NCBI GenBank assembly: GCA_030592085.1
Contig: JAUUZV010000001.1
Span: 807-64,806 of the forward strand
Length of the DNA: 64,000 bases
Source: Clostridia bacterium
GTDB lineage: Bacteria; Bacillota; Clostridia; DUPQ01
Direction: 5' to 3'
Shown here: in pieces, positions 27,764-37,658 of the stretch
Numbering within the stretch: the first letter of the stretch is position 1
Layout: each line of letters begins with the position of its first letter
Made by a program: the position numbers and the translations under genes
The notes under the pieces: model-generated
What the model was told of the DNA's origin: nothing
The model's database searches: none
What the model saw: the letters and a program-made list of their open reading frames with translations, nothing else

Positions 27764-29861
27764 AATGGTAGACACAATTTTGTTAGATGAGTTTAAATTT
27801 TATAATAAACAGAAGATTGTTATAGATGAAGCTATAATTAATTCATTTGAACAAAAATTGAAGAAAGGAGAAAATAGATTAAGATGGACTAATAATTTAT
27901 TTGCTGATAATAAGATGTCGTTTGAATTTTCAAAAAGTGATGATGAAAATTTTATTGCTATGCATTCTTATTATTTTAAAGTAACTACAAAACAGATAGA
28001 TAATGTAAAAACAATTTGGAATGATTATGTATTTTTTAATTTTAATTTAACAAATAATCAAGAACAAGTTTTAGAAGAAATTGATTATTCATCAGGAGCA
28101 ATACAAGAGGAGTTAATAATAGATGATAAATTAAGTAGAACATTTGATAATTTTGAAGATTTTTTAATATTATTAATTGAAAAAGAAACTTTTTCTTTTG
28201 ATATAACTTTTAATTTTTATGAAGGAGCTGAATATGAAGAGCAAAATAAAAAGGATCAAACAGAAATTTTAGAAAGTTTAAATTTTATTTTGAAAGCAGT
28301 CTTTAATGAAGAACAGATGTTAGAATTGCCTAAGTATACTATTAATTATAAACACATGAGAGATTCATTATATCATATTTTTAAAGTAGTTGAGAAAAGA
28401 TATAATAATAAAAATTATCGTATAGCTTTTATCACACATATTAAAACCAATAGTGATTTTATTTTTAAGGTTAAGGTGTATTCTGAAGATAATGAAGAAT
28501 ATAATTATATTGATGAAAAGGTATTATATGTAAATGATAGTGATAATAATTATTATTTAGATATAAATCTAAATGAATATAATAATATAGGTTCATTACG
28601 AGTAGATATGAATATTTTTAAAATTTTAGCTAAATATATTTCAAAAGTAATTGGTGAAACAGATAGTAGAATAATTACATCTAATATATTTAATTTTTAT
28701 AAATCAAAAGTGAGTTTTTTTAATAATTGGGATGATGAAGATATACAAGATGAAAAAGAATTGAAGATAATTGCTAAATATTTAGATTTGTTAAGAGGAG
28801 GACGAACAATTAAGATAGAACAAGTCAAAATAAATAAAACAAGTATTAGTCTTGATGATGATTCATTTAAAATTGAATTTAAAGAAAGTTTTTTTGATGT
28901 TGCTAGTAATTTTCTTGAATTAAGAAGATTGATATTAAGAAATGATGCTAAATATAATTTTAATCTATTATATGAAAAAATATTATCACTTTCTATGTTA
29001 CAAATTATAGATCGTTCTAATGTGAAAGACGATGATTATAAAGAATTTGAAGAATGTAGTTTTAAAGTTAATGACATGGTTATTAATATTGATAAAGGAG
29101 ATAATGGAAGAATACGTATTAATGATATTTTTTCTAGAATAGATGACGTCGATGATGTTTTGAATAGAGCAATTTGCTATAATAATGTTGATGATTATAA
29201 CCAGTACTTAAAAGATGTTAGTTATATTGGAATTGATTTAAAAAGAATGATCAATAATGGTATTGTGATATGGTTACAAAATCCATTACATAGTTTATTT
29301 CAACTTCATGGCGATACTTCATTAGAAAAAATGCAAGTTAGGTTTAGTTTATTTTGGGATTCAGAAAAAAGATCAAGAATATATTTACATTTAAACAATA
29401 AAAAATATTTAATTAAAAAGAAAGGAAAATTTAAAACTTTTTTTAATAAGCCAGTAGCAACGGTAAAAATTTCACAATTAAATGTATTATTAAAAGAGTG
29501 TTTAGAAGAGTGGAAACCTGGCCAATTATTAGAAGTAGTAGAAAATGCTTTAGAAGAGTTTAAAATTATTAAAGCTAGAGGAGAAAAATTAGTCAAAGAA
29601 ACAATAGAAGAAATTAACGCATTAAAGAATAATATAATAATAAATGGGCGAGAAATTAATGGCTTTTTATTAAGAGGTATATTGACTAATAAAGAATACT
29701 TTATTGAAAATGAAAACTTAGATGTGTATAAAAAAATTGATGGTGTTTGGAATCGAAGATGTGTAGTAAGTGATCCAAACAAATCAAGAATATATGAAGA
29801 CAGATTAGCCAATCGATTGATTAATATTTATAATGAAAATCCTAATATAACAACAATATAA
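27753..29861 (+). CDS. large Asn/Asp-rich hypothetical protein (702 aa)
   Basis: Long ORF overlapping the ThiF-like gene by ATG..TAA. No motif recognised. Confidence 0.45.
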   Translation: MYIKMVDTILLDEFKFYNKQKIVIDEAIINSFEQKLKKGENRLRWTNNLFADNKMSFEFSKSDDENFIAMHSYYFKVTTKQIDNVKTIWNDYVFFNFNLTNNQEQVLEEIDYSSGAIQEELIIDDKLSRTFDNFEDFLILLIEKETFSFDITFNFYEGAEYEEQNKKDQTEILESLNFILKAVFNEEQMLELPKYTINYKHMRDSLYHIFKVVEKRYNNKNYRIAFITHIKTNSDFIFKVKVYSEDNEEYNYIDEKVLYVNDSDNNYYLDINLNEYNNIGSLRVDMNIFKILAKYISKVIGETDSRIITSNIFNFYKSKVSFFNNWDDEDIQDEKELKIIAKYLDLLRGGRTIKIEQVKINKTSISLDDDSFKIEFKESFFDVASNFLELRRLILRNDAKYNFNLLYEKILSLSMLQIIDRSNVKDDDYKEFEECSFKVNDMVINIDKGDNGRIRINDIFSRIDDVDDVLNRAICYNNVDDYNQYLKDVSYIGIDLKRMINNGIVIWLQNPLHSLFQLHGDTSLEKMQVRFSLFWDSEKRSRIYLHLNNKKYLIKKKGKFKTFFNKPVATVKISQLNVLLKECLEEWKPGQLLEVVENALEEFKIIKARGEKLVKETIEEINALKNNIIINGREINGFLLRGILTNKEYFIENENLDVYKKIDGVWNRRCVVSDPNKSRIYEDRLANRLINIYNENPNITTI

Positions 29862-29873
29862 AATAAAGAATGA

Positions 29874-30077
29874 ATGGAGGATATAAAAATGGCAAAAACA
29901 TTAATTGTAGCAAGTAGAGTTAAAGAACTTTGCAAGTACCCAGGTGGTAAAAAAGATTTAAATATGTCATCTGGATTGTCTGGCGCCCTTACTTTAAAGG
30001 TTGAACAGATTATAACAAAAGCTTGTAAAAGAGCTATAGAAAATGGTAGAACTACCGTTATGATAAAAGATATTTAG
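29874..30077 (+). CDS. histone-fold-like small DNA-binding protein (alpha3-truncated?)
   Basis: IVASRVKELCK (alpha1-like), ALTLKVEQIITKACKRAIENGRTTVMIKDI (parallels archaeal HMf IASEAIKLARHAGRKTIKAEDI). SD GGAGGA upstream. Confidence 0.35.
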   Translation: MEDIKMAKTLIVASRVKELCKYPGGKKDLNMSSGLSGALTLKVEQIITKACKRAIENGRTTVMIKDI

Positions 30078-30091
30078 GAGAGTGGATAAAA

Positions 30092-30955
30092 ATGATGAAT
30101 GAAGAAGAACAATATGATGAATTAATAGAACATATCGTAGAGATAGATGATTATATTTCAGTAATAATAAAAATACCAAAACGACTTGACGCATTAAAGA
30201 TGAAAGCTTTAATGATGAAAACTAATAAGTTATTTAACTTATCTGAAGTACCAATACAAGAAGGACCTAGAGGGTCATATAAGAAGAAAATTAGGAAAAA
30301 AACTGATTATACTAAATTTAGTATAGAAGAACTAACAGAAATAGTTAAAAGTTGGATTACTGGTGATCATGATGTAAGAAATGCATTATCATCTAAATTA
30401 GAAATTGATAGAGATACTTTAGCTAAAAAAGTTAGTTATTGGAAACAAAAATTTAATATTGATATTAGTCATCTAACACCAAGTGCAATTAGTTCAGGCA
30501 GACCACCAACAAAAAATAAAACTAAAAAGTCACATAAAGGAGTTGATGGAAGAAATCCAGTATGGTCTGTTGATGAAATAAAAATATTAAAGACTAATTA
30601 CATTACTAAAACAATACAAGAATTAATGGTTTTATTACCAGGTAGATCAAACACTTCTATATATAATAGAGCTAGTCGAGAAGGTGTATCTGATTCGTCA
30701 AAATATACTGGTGTTGGTAGAGGAAGACCATCAGTAAAAAAAGCTAAGATTAGTAAATCATATGTGAATAAACCATTAAGAAAATCAAAAAATAAAGCAA
30801 TTATTTGGACTAAAGAAAAAAATAAAGAGTTTAAGTTGCTTTTTGAAGGTGGTAAAACTCAAGACGAAGTCGCTGAACATTTTAATATGAGTTTAAAGCA
30901 AGTTTGGGATAAAAGATTTAAAATGAAACAAACAGGTGAAATACAAGATGAATAG
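30092..30955 (+). CDS. protein with two Myb/SANT-like HTH repeats
   Basis: WSVDEIKILKTNYITKTIQELMVLLPGRSNTSIYNRAS and WTKEKNKEFKLLFEGGKTQDEVAEHFNMSLKQVWDKRF follow the W..E...L..(n)..GR(S/T)..(n)..R pattern. Confidence 0.35.
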   Translation: MMNEEEQYDELIEHIVEIDDYISVIIKIPKRLDALKMKALMMKTNKLFNLSEVPIQEGPRGSYKKKIRKKTDYTKFSIEELTEIVKSWITGDHDVRNALSSKLEIDRDTLAKKVSYWKQKFNIDISHLTPSAISSGRPPTKNKTKKSHKGVDGRNPVWSVDEIKILKTNYITKTIQELMVLLPGRSNTSIYNRASREGVSDSSKYTGVGRGRPSVKKAKISKSYVNKPLRKSKNKAIIWTKEKNKEFKLLFEGGKTQDEVAEHFNMSLKQVWDKRFKMKQTGEIQDE

Positions 30956-31424
30956 AGAAATTATAACAAAACAACTTACAAAAGAAGATCATTATAAGTT
31001 GAAGAGGTTAACAACATCTAATATAGCTTTTGAAATATTAAAAATTTTTGGTAAGCATATTGGACGTGATAACGAAATTACTAGAGGAAAATTATTTAAA
31101 AGAATTTATGCTAAGACTGAAGAAGCGTCTTTAATTGATGAACTTAGATGGGATTTTATTAAACGAGCAATGCATTTATGTAGACTACGTACAAAGTGTT
31201 TTATAGGTAGTAGATATTATAGAGGTATATGGAGATATTTTGTCGTTGATGACATGGGAGATGCTGAATATTACATCAATAACTTAAAGAAAAGCATTAA
31301 ACGAATGGAATCAATGCAATCAAAATGTGCTGAATCAGTAAGAAAAGGCTGGAGTAAAGTTGATTGGTTTGCAGATGTTAAAGAAAAAAAATCTCTAGGT
31401 TATACAGGTAAAGTAATGGTATAA
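30936..31424 (+). CDS. hypothetical protein
   Basis: 162-aa ORF coupled to the upstream gene. Confidence 0.35.
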   Translation: MKYKMNREIITKQLTKEDHYKLKRLTTSNIAFEILKIFGKHIGRDNEITRGKLFKRIYAKTEEASLIDELRWDFIKRAMHLCRLRTKCFIGSRYYRGIWRYFVVDDMGDAEYYINNLKKSIKRMESMQSKCAESVRKGWSKVDWFADVKEKKSLGYTGKVMV

Positions 31425-31681
31425 TGAATTGGAGGACTAAAATGAAATGTGAAATATGTGAAACTGAAATGGATAATTTACCCACTTCTGACTTGTGTAA
31501 ATGTCCTGCTTGTGGAACATTATCTGTAGAGGAGGATTAGAATGAAAGTTTTTGAAATAACAGAAAATGATGAAACATTAGACGCTTTTACATCGACAGA
31601 AGCTGAAAAAGAATTTACAAAAATTAGATCAAATATGAGGATAGGTACAATTTGTAATTTCAAACTTAAAAGATTAGGTTA

Positions 31682-31903
31682 GTGATAAAAATGGGACAAA
31701 TTAATGTATTACAATTTTTAAAAGATAATAGATCTTGTTGGTTTACTGCTGTAAAAATAGCAAAAGAATTAAATATAGGTAAAAGCACAATATATACAAA
31801 TATGATGAGATTGAAAAAAAGAGATTGTGTTATGATTAGAGATGGTCAATTAGAAGGAAACTCTAATTATAGATCAGTTACTGAGTATAAGTATAAAAGG
31901 TGA
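31682..31903 (+). CDS. winged-helix transcription regulator-like protein
   Basis: VKIAKELNIGKSTIYTNMMRLKKRDCV resembles an HTH with a wing. Confidence 0.35.
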   Translation: MIKMGQINVLQFLKDNRSCWFTAVKIAKELNIGKSTIYTNMMRLKKRDCVMIRDGQLEGNSNYRSVTEYKYKR

Positions 31904-31907
31904 AGAA

Positions 31908-32183
31908 ATGAAAACAATATTACAACAAACTAGAGAAAATATTAGTAAGAAAGTTTTAACTATTGATGTAGATGAACTTATTGAGTATCTTGAAGGCAAT
32001 GTTAACTGGCTTAAATATAATATAAATACTTTAAAGAATGAAGATACACATAATCCAAAAAAAATGAATGAAAAATGTCCTAAATGTGGAAGAAGAACGT
32101 TAAAATTAAGTGATGGAGATCATATAGAAACAATAACTAATTGCCAAAATAAGAATTGTAATTATTATTGTAGTAGTTCATAA
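31908..32183 (+). CDS. zinc-ribbon protein
   Basis: CPKCGRR..(n)..CQNKNCNYYC. Confidence 0.35.
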   Translation: MKTILQQTRENISKKVLTIDVDELIEYLEGNVNWLKYNINTLKNEDTHNPKKMNEKCPKCGRRTLKLSDGDHIETITNCQNKNCNYYCSSS

Positions 32184-32241
32184 AAAGATAATTAATAGAG
32201 GAATAGATAAAATAACTCGATTAGCATAATTGGAGATATAA

Positions 32242-32367
32242 ATGAAAAAGAAACGTAAAATTTTTATAATCTTAAAAGTAATTTTTGTAATAGTATTAAC
32301 ATTAGCAATATTATATAGTATATTTTGTTTGTGGATGTTATATTTAATAATAAGTTTAGGGTGGTAA
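32242..32367 (+). CDS. small 41-aa membrane protein (not in the ORF track)
   Basis: MKKKRKIFIILKVIFVIVLTLAILYSIFCLWMLYLIISLGW. Basic N-terminus followed by two TM helices. Confidence 0.25.
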   Translation: MKKKRKIFIILKVIFVIVLTLAILYSIFCLWMLYLIISLGW

Positions 32368-32750
32368 TATGGCTTTTATATCGATAAATAAAAATGGAAA
32401 GTTTCATTGTTTTTTAGAAGGTGAAGATTTATTTGAAATCAATAAAAAATTGGATGATTATAAGAAGAAATATAAGATTATAAATATGGGTTTATTTGGA
32501 AAAATTATTAAAGAATCTAGATGGAGTATAACTAATAAAATAAAAATATTAAAGGTACAAAATGAAAAATAATATCGTTGATTCAAAAGTGGTAATATTA
32601 CAAGGTACAAAATATAAAGCATATTTAAAAAAAGTAGCGTCTTCTGTCTTGCCTGGAGGCAAACCTAGCAGTTATTGTGTACGACCTTTTATCAAAAAAA
32701 TTAGATCTAAAAATTAATTTATGGACAATAAAGTGTGGCTTAAAGTGTTC

Positions 32751-32860
32751 TAATATAGATATTATATTATAGTATAATACAATTTATATTTTTTAATATA
32801 GATATTATATTATACTATAATACAATTTATATTTTTTAATATAGATGATACTATATACAA
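32751..32860. repeat. about 2.5 copies of a 43-44 bp tandem direct repeat (taatatagatattatattata[gc]tataatacaatttatatttttt)
   Basis: Read directly from the sequence. It lies in a 570-bp region with no long ORF. Confidence 0.7.
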
Positions 32861-32884
32861 AAGTATAAAAAGGTGTAACATATA

Positions 32885-32946
32885 AAAATAATAATAATAA
32901 TTATTATAATTATTTTAATTATTTTAATTATTATTATTATTATTTT
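32885..32946. repeat. ATT/ATA-rich microsatellite-like low-complexity tract
   Basis: aataataataattattataattattttaattattttaattattattattattatttttt. Confidence 0.6.
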
Positions 32947-33144
32947 TTGAGGGGTGAGTTACTATCGTTAAGAAAAATTATAAAACTAATTACACTATTC
33001 CTTTTGAGTTTCATGAGTATATTTTAAATTATAAAAAACAACGTTCTATTACTATGGAAGAAGCTTTAATTTTAATTGTTTCTGAACATAAAAAAAATAA
33101 AGAAAAACAGGACGCAACTAAAAAAGAACTAAAAGCGTAATAAG

Positions 33145-33465
33145 ATGAATGAAAGAAGAATAGTATTTAATAAAGCTTACTGGGTATTTATTTATTTAGT
33201 TATTACTGATGAAAGATATTTAAACGTTGAAGGTAAGCTTTTAGCTAATATAGTTACTAAAAAAGGTTACTGTGAAAGCATAACTAAAGCAGCAAAAAAT
33301 ATGGGTATAGATATATCTAGGATTTGGAAAATTTGCCACGAAATCGAAAATAGAGGCCATGTACAAATGCAAAAAGATGGTAATAAGTTAAGAATTTTTT
33401 TTGATGAAAAGATTCAAAAAGAATCAACAAAAATGTTGAGGTTAGTATTAGAAGATGAATTTTAA
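33145..33465 (+). CDS. HTH-like regulator, hypothetical
   Basis: GYCESITKAAKNMGIDISRIWKICHEIENRG resembles a helix-turn-helix. Confidence 0.3.
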   Translation: MNERRIVFNKAYWVFIYLVITDERYLNVEGKLLANIVTKKGYCESITKAAKNMGIDISRIWKICHEIENRGHVQMQKDGNKLRIFFDEKIQKESTKMLRLVLEDEF

Positions 33466-34342
33466 AAAAGTTTTTATAACTACATCTTTAATAATATTAT
33501 TTTTATTTATAATAATTATTATTTTATTACTTATTAATTCATCTACTGCTAAATGTTTACAAGGTCATCAATTTAATGATAATACTAGTGTTTGTACTTA
33601 TATAGCTAATAATTGTTTGGTAGATGAATATGTTATAGAAATAAAAGGACAAAGATCGTGTTCTTATTCACCAAAAGGTTTTATGGATAATGGTATATTT
33701 ACTTTTTTAATTATATTATTGATATTTGTATGGGTTATATTACTTATTGTTTATTTATTTTCAACTAGTAAAAAAGATAAACCAATTGATATATCAACAT
33801 TTAAAAAAGAAGATTATGTATTTCCAGATTTAGCAATGTCTACATGGGCTCTTAAAATAGCTAGAGATACTAATATACCAATTATTGATAATAAATATGA
33901 TTTATCATGTTTTGATTTTTTTGTTGGTAAAGGCCAAAGAAATGTTTTTCAAAAAGGAAAAGAATGGTTTTTAAAATTTTCTTGTAGTGTTACAGATGGT
34001 ACGAATCCTGGAGTTTATACTGTAATATTAAGTTTGAGTAGAAGTGTTAATTGGATAAAAAATGGTAATTTTAATATGGAACAAGTTAATTTTGATGATT
34101 ATAAAATTTCAAGAAATATGCCTATTCACACTTCAGAAGATCCTAGAGAAAGATTATTAGAACAGTTATGGGAAAGAGAACCAGAAAAAGCTATGGATAT
34201 GCAACAACAATTAATTGAAAAAGCTATATCATCTCCGAGTATATTACAAAATCAACAAGCCCCAGAAGGGCAACCAGCTCAAATAATAAAACAGCCAGTA
34301 AGAAGATCTTGGTATAAAGGGAGAGGATATCGTGAACGTTGA
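33455..34342 (+). CDS. membrane protein (N-terminal and central TM), hypothetical
   Basis: 295 aa with two hydrophobic helices and a Cys-containing ectodomain. Confidence 0.4.
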   Translation: MNFKKVFITTSLIILFLFIIIIILLLINSSTAKCLQGHQFNDNTSVCTYIANNCLVDEYVIEIKGQRSCSYSPKGFMDNGIFTFLIILLIFVWVILLIVYLFSTSKKDKPIDISTFKKEDYVFPDLAMSTWALKIARDTNIPIIDNKYDLSCFDFFVGKGQRNVFQKGKEWFLKFSCSVTDGTNPGVYTVILSLSRSVNWIKNGNFNMEQVNFDDYKISRNMPIHTSEDPRERLLEQLWEREPEKAMDMQQQLIEKAISSPSILQNQQAPEGQPAQIIKQPVRRSWYKGRGYRER

Positions 34343-34620
34343 GTATTTTGATATTACTAAAGATTTTTGGATTGCTCGTTGGTTAAAAAAACCACGAACA
34401 AAAGAAATTTTAAAAAGCAAAAAGATTATAGTAAGTAAAGGATATATAATTAAAATAGGAATAAGTGTAAAAGTTGTAAATAAAGTTATGACAATATATA
34501 AAAACATTGAAAAATATAATAGAATTGAAAATGAAAATGATTTATCTGTTATTGCTTTAAATATGGAATTACCTTTACCGGTTGTACTTCTTATTTTAAA
34601 AAATAAAAGTCTAATAAAAA

Positions 34621-35829
34621 ATGAATAAAATTATATTAATAATGATGTCGATAATAATGATTGGAACAGTTTATGCTTCAGATTATATTTATAATTTGGA
34701 TTATACAGATTTACCTTTTAATGATACATTAGATATTATTGTTAATGGTGTTAATAATTTAACATTATATATTGATTATAGTAATTTTACATATGGACAT
34801 GATACTTTAAATTTTACCTCTAGTTCAATTATTTTAAGTGTGAATGTACATATTCCAAAAAATACTGAACCTATTAATTATACTGAAAGTGTTATACTTT
34901 ATAATAATGATATTAATTTTACACATAATCTTACATTTGAATATAATATTTATAATGATACACCATCACCAACTGTTGATTATATTCAATTAGATTTTAA
35001 TGAATATAAATATTCTATTTGTAGTTATAGTTTACCTTGGAATAATACAAAAAAGATTACAATTAGTGGTGTTTTTGGTCAAGAAATTTATACATTATTT
35101 AATGAAGATTTTATAGATGTTGTTGATAAATTTATTATAGGAACAAGTAATTTTTCTATTATTGATGTGAATATGCATTTAAATGAAAATGTAACTGAAG
35201 GAGTTCATACAAGAGTAATTCAGTTTAGTGTTGTGGATGGTTCTAGTAATATTACAATTCATTTTGATGTTCAAAATTGTATTAGACCACCACCAGAATA
35301 TAATGCAATGATAGAAGCATGTGCAATAGTTAATAAGACACCTCAAGAAGCCTTATATTGCCAACAATTACAAACTGAATATAATTTAGCATTATATCAA
35401 GCAATGTTAGAAGCACAAGAAGTTCGTATAGAACAAAATACAACTATTAAATATGTTAATAATACTGTAAGAATTCCAGTTTTAGATTTAAATGATCAGT
35501 CTATAATTACTGCATTAAAAGAAATTCCTAGAACATGGAATCAAATGATTAGTGAACAACGAGAAAAAGATAAACTAATAACAACTAAGAATGATGAGAT
35601 TAAAGCATTAATTACTGATAAAGAAACTCTTCAGAGAAATATACGAGAGGAAGTTGGAAAAGCTGTAAATTCAATGACTGAAGAAAGTAAATTAAAACAA
35701 AATACTATTGATATGTATGAAGATAAATATATGAAGAAAGCCACTTTAGGTTGGCTTATATTTTGGGTTATATTTATAGGTGGTGGATTTTATTTATATA
35801 CTATATATCAAGATAATAATATGTGGTGA
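34621..35829 (+). CDS. secreted sequon-rich type-I membrane protein with C-terminal coiled coil and TM anchor
   Basis: Signal peptide MNKIILIMMSIIMIGTVYAS, more than 15 N-x-S/T sequons, and a C-terminal heptad-like region followed by a TM helix. Confidence 0.45.
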   Translation: MNKIILIMMSIIMIGTVYASDYIYNLDYTDLPFNDTLDIIVNGVNNLTLYIDYSNFTYGHDTLNFTSSSIILSVNVHIPKNTEPINYTESVILYNNDINFTHNLTFEYNIYNDTPSPTVDYIQLDFNEYKYSICSYSLPWNNTKKITISGVFGQEIYTLFNEDFIDVVDKFIIGTSNFSIIDVNMHLNENVTEGVHTRVIQFSVVDGSSNITIHFDVQNCIRPPPEYNAMIEACAIVNKTPQEALYCQQLQTEYNLALYQAMLEAQEVRIEQNTTIKYVNNTVRIPVLDLNDQSIITALKEIPRTWNQMISEQREKDKLITTKNDEIKALITDKETLQRNIREEVGKAVNSMTEESKLKQNTIDMYEDKYMKKATLGWLIFWVIFIGGGFYLYTIYQDNNMW

Positions 35830-36191
35830 AAATGGGAAATAAAATAAATAGTGAAGATGCAATGGATTTTTTAATGACTTATGGATGGGCAATTTTAGTA
35901 GTTATAATAGCACTTGGAGCCTTGTTTTATTTTAATATATTATCATTAAATCCTGATGATTATATAGGGCTTAATAAAACAGAGATTGAAGAAGTCAATT
36001 GCACAACATATAAGAGAATAATTCCACTTGCTTCTAATTGTAGAGAAGTTAATAAATTATTATTAGAAGGAAAAGATTATATATTTGATGTAGAACATAC
36101 AGTATTATGTACTAATGAAGATCATAACCATCAATGGATTATTAAAGCTGGAAGTACGATAGATGCATATATAATGAGGTGTATTAATTAA
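35823..36191 (+). CDS. small protein with N-terminal TM, hypothetical
   Basis: 122 aa. MGNKINSEDAMDFLMTYGWAILVVIIALGALFY. Confidence 0.35.
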   Translation: MVKMGNKINSEDAMDFLMTYGWAILVVIIALGALFYFNILSLNPDDYIGLNKTEIEEVNCTTYKRIIPLASNCREVNKLLLEGKDYIFDVEHTVLCTNEDHNHQWIIKAGSTIDAYIMRCIN

Positions 36192-36192
36192 A

Positions 36193-36753
36193 ATGGAAGA
36201 TGAAAAAGAAAAGAAAATAATTGAAGAAGTTAAATTAGAAGAATATAAAGAAGAAGATAATAAAGAAGAAGATAATAAAGAAGAAGATAATAAAGAAGAA
36301 TTAAAATCTGAATTTGATGAAAAAAAAGTTGATATTAAAGAAGAAGAAACAATTAAGTTTGTTGAGTCAGAAGATCCAGAAAGAAATACTACACCGTCTG
36401 AGTTTAAAGAATTTCCAGAAGAGCCAGAAAAGAAGAAGGTTGATTCTAAAACAATTATTATTGGACTGTTAATTCTTGAATTAATATTATCTATTTATAC
36501 TAGTGGTTTTGGTTTAATGGGTAATGAAACAGTAGAAACAAATTTAGGATTACCAATGGATGAAGTTGAACAAATAGCTTTAGGTTATATTAGAACATCT
36601 ATGGTTGCACCAAATGTAACAATAATAGTTGATAGTATTGTAAAAGATGATAATTTGTATAAGTTAACATTAATCATAAGTAATCAAACATTTGTATCTT
36701 ATATTAATAAAGATGCAACTATGATTTTCCCTAATGGATTATCTATTGAATAA
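36193..36753 (+). CDS. acidic repeat-containing membrane protein
   Basis: (EEDNK)x3 is encoded by a 15-bp tandem repeat, and there is a central TM helix. Confidence 0.4.
   Translation: MEDEKEKKIIEEVKLEEYKEEDNKEEDNKEEDNKEELKSEFDEKKVDIKEEETIKFVESEDPERNTTPSEFKEFPEEPEKKKVDSKTIIIGLLILELILSIYTSGFGLMGNETVETNLGLPMDEVEQIALGYIRTSMVAPNVTIIVDSIVKDDNLYKLTLIISNQTFVSYINKDATMIFPNGLSIE
36247..36300 (+). repeat. 15-bp in-frame tandem repeat aaagaagaagataat, about 3.6 copies
   Basis: Read directly from the sequence. Confidence 0.7.
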
Positions 36754-36894
36754 TGGAACGTGGTAATTTTAAGCGTCAACAAAAACATAAGAATTTATTT
36801 TGTATTAAATGTGATATACCAATGATAAAACGAGGAAAGATTAAAGAGGGTGAACCTCGATATAAGTGTAAAAAATGTGGTGAGATGAGATAAA

Positions 36895-37509
36895 ATGCCT
36901 GATGAAGAAGAAGTGTTAATGTCAACGGAAGAAGCGTCAATGATACCAACTATGGGTCTTGATATTATCGTATTGGATGAACTAAAGGAAGGAATGATTA
37001 TTACATCACTAGCTGGGCTTAATGATGAATTAGTTGAAACTGCACATTATGAAATAAAAGGGATGCGTGATTGTATGAAAGATATATATCAAGCATATTC
37101 AACTAAAGCTAGTAAGAAAGAGATGTGTAATATATTAGAAAAACATAAGAAGCGAATTGATGATAATATACATGATTTTTTTGGTAAGATTGAAAATTTA
37201 AATAAGAATGAAAAGATGTTTAAGGTTGCTAAAAAAAAGATAAAAAACGGAGAAGTAATAATAAAATTTACTCCTATAAATATAGAAGAAAAACAAAAGT
37301 ATGTAAAGTCAATTGTTAAGAAGTTAGTTAATAAAGTTTCAAAGGAACAATTAGTTCAGATGTTTGAACAAGCAGTAGTTAAATTGAATGATATAGGTCA
37401 ATTGAAAAAGGCTGATAAAGCATTAGATAAAAAGAATCCTAAAGTGGAAGGTAAGAGAGGATGTTATAAACTCATCATTGATGATGTGGATTTGATGATG
37501 ATAGGATGA
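36895..37509 (+). CDS. hypothetical protein
   Basis: 204-aa ORF. Confidence 0.35.
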   Translation: MPDEEEVLMSTEEASMIPTMGLDIIVLDELKEGMIITSLAGLNDELVETAHYEIKGMRDCMKDIYQAYSTKASKKEMCNILEKHKKRIDDNIHDFFGKIENLNKNEKMFKVAKKKIKNGEVIIKFTPINIEEKQKYVKSIVKKLVNKVSKEQLVQMFEQAVVKLNDIGQLKKADKALDKKNPKVEGKRGCYKLIIDDVDLMMIG

Positions 37510-37658
37510 GATACAAAATAGTAGTTACTTGTCCAGAAAAAAAGACAGCAGAAAAGGTTTATGATTTGCTTAAAAAATCAAAGGTATATAATAGTCAAGA
37601 GATTATGTCAATAAATTCAATAAAAGAAGTATGTGATGAATGTTCGAGGAAGTTGTAA

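Noticed and set aside
32958-33143. Ribbon-helix-helix/CopG-like small ORF (…YTIPFEFHEYILNYKKQRSITMEEALILIVSEH…)
   Set aside because: The RHH-like strand-helix pattern is suggestive. However, the frame has no canonical start codon upstream of the beta-strand (a stop at 32955-32957 is followed only by GTT/ACT/ATC codons). It is not called as a gene, but could be real if ATC or ATT initiation is used.
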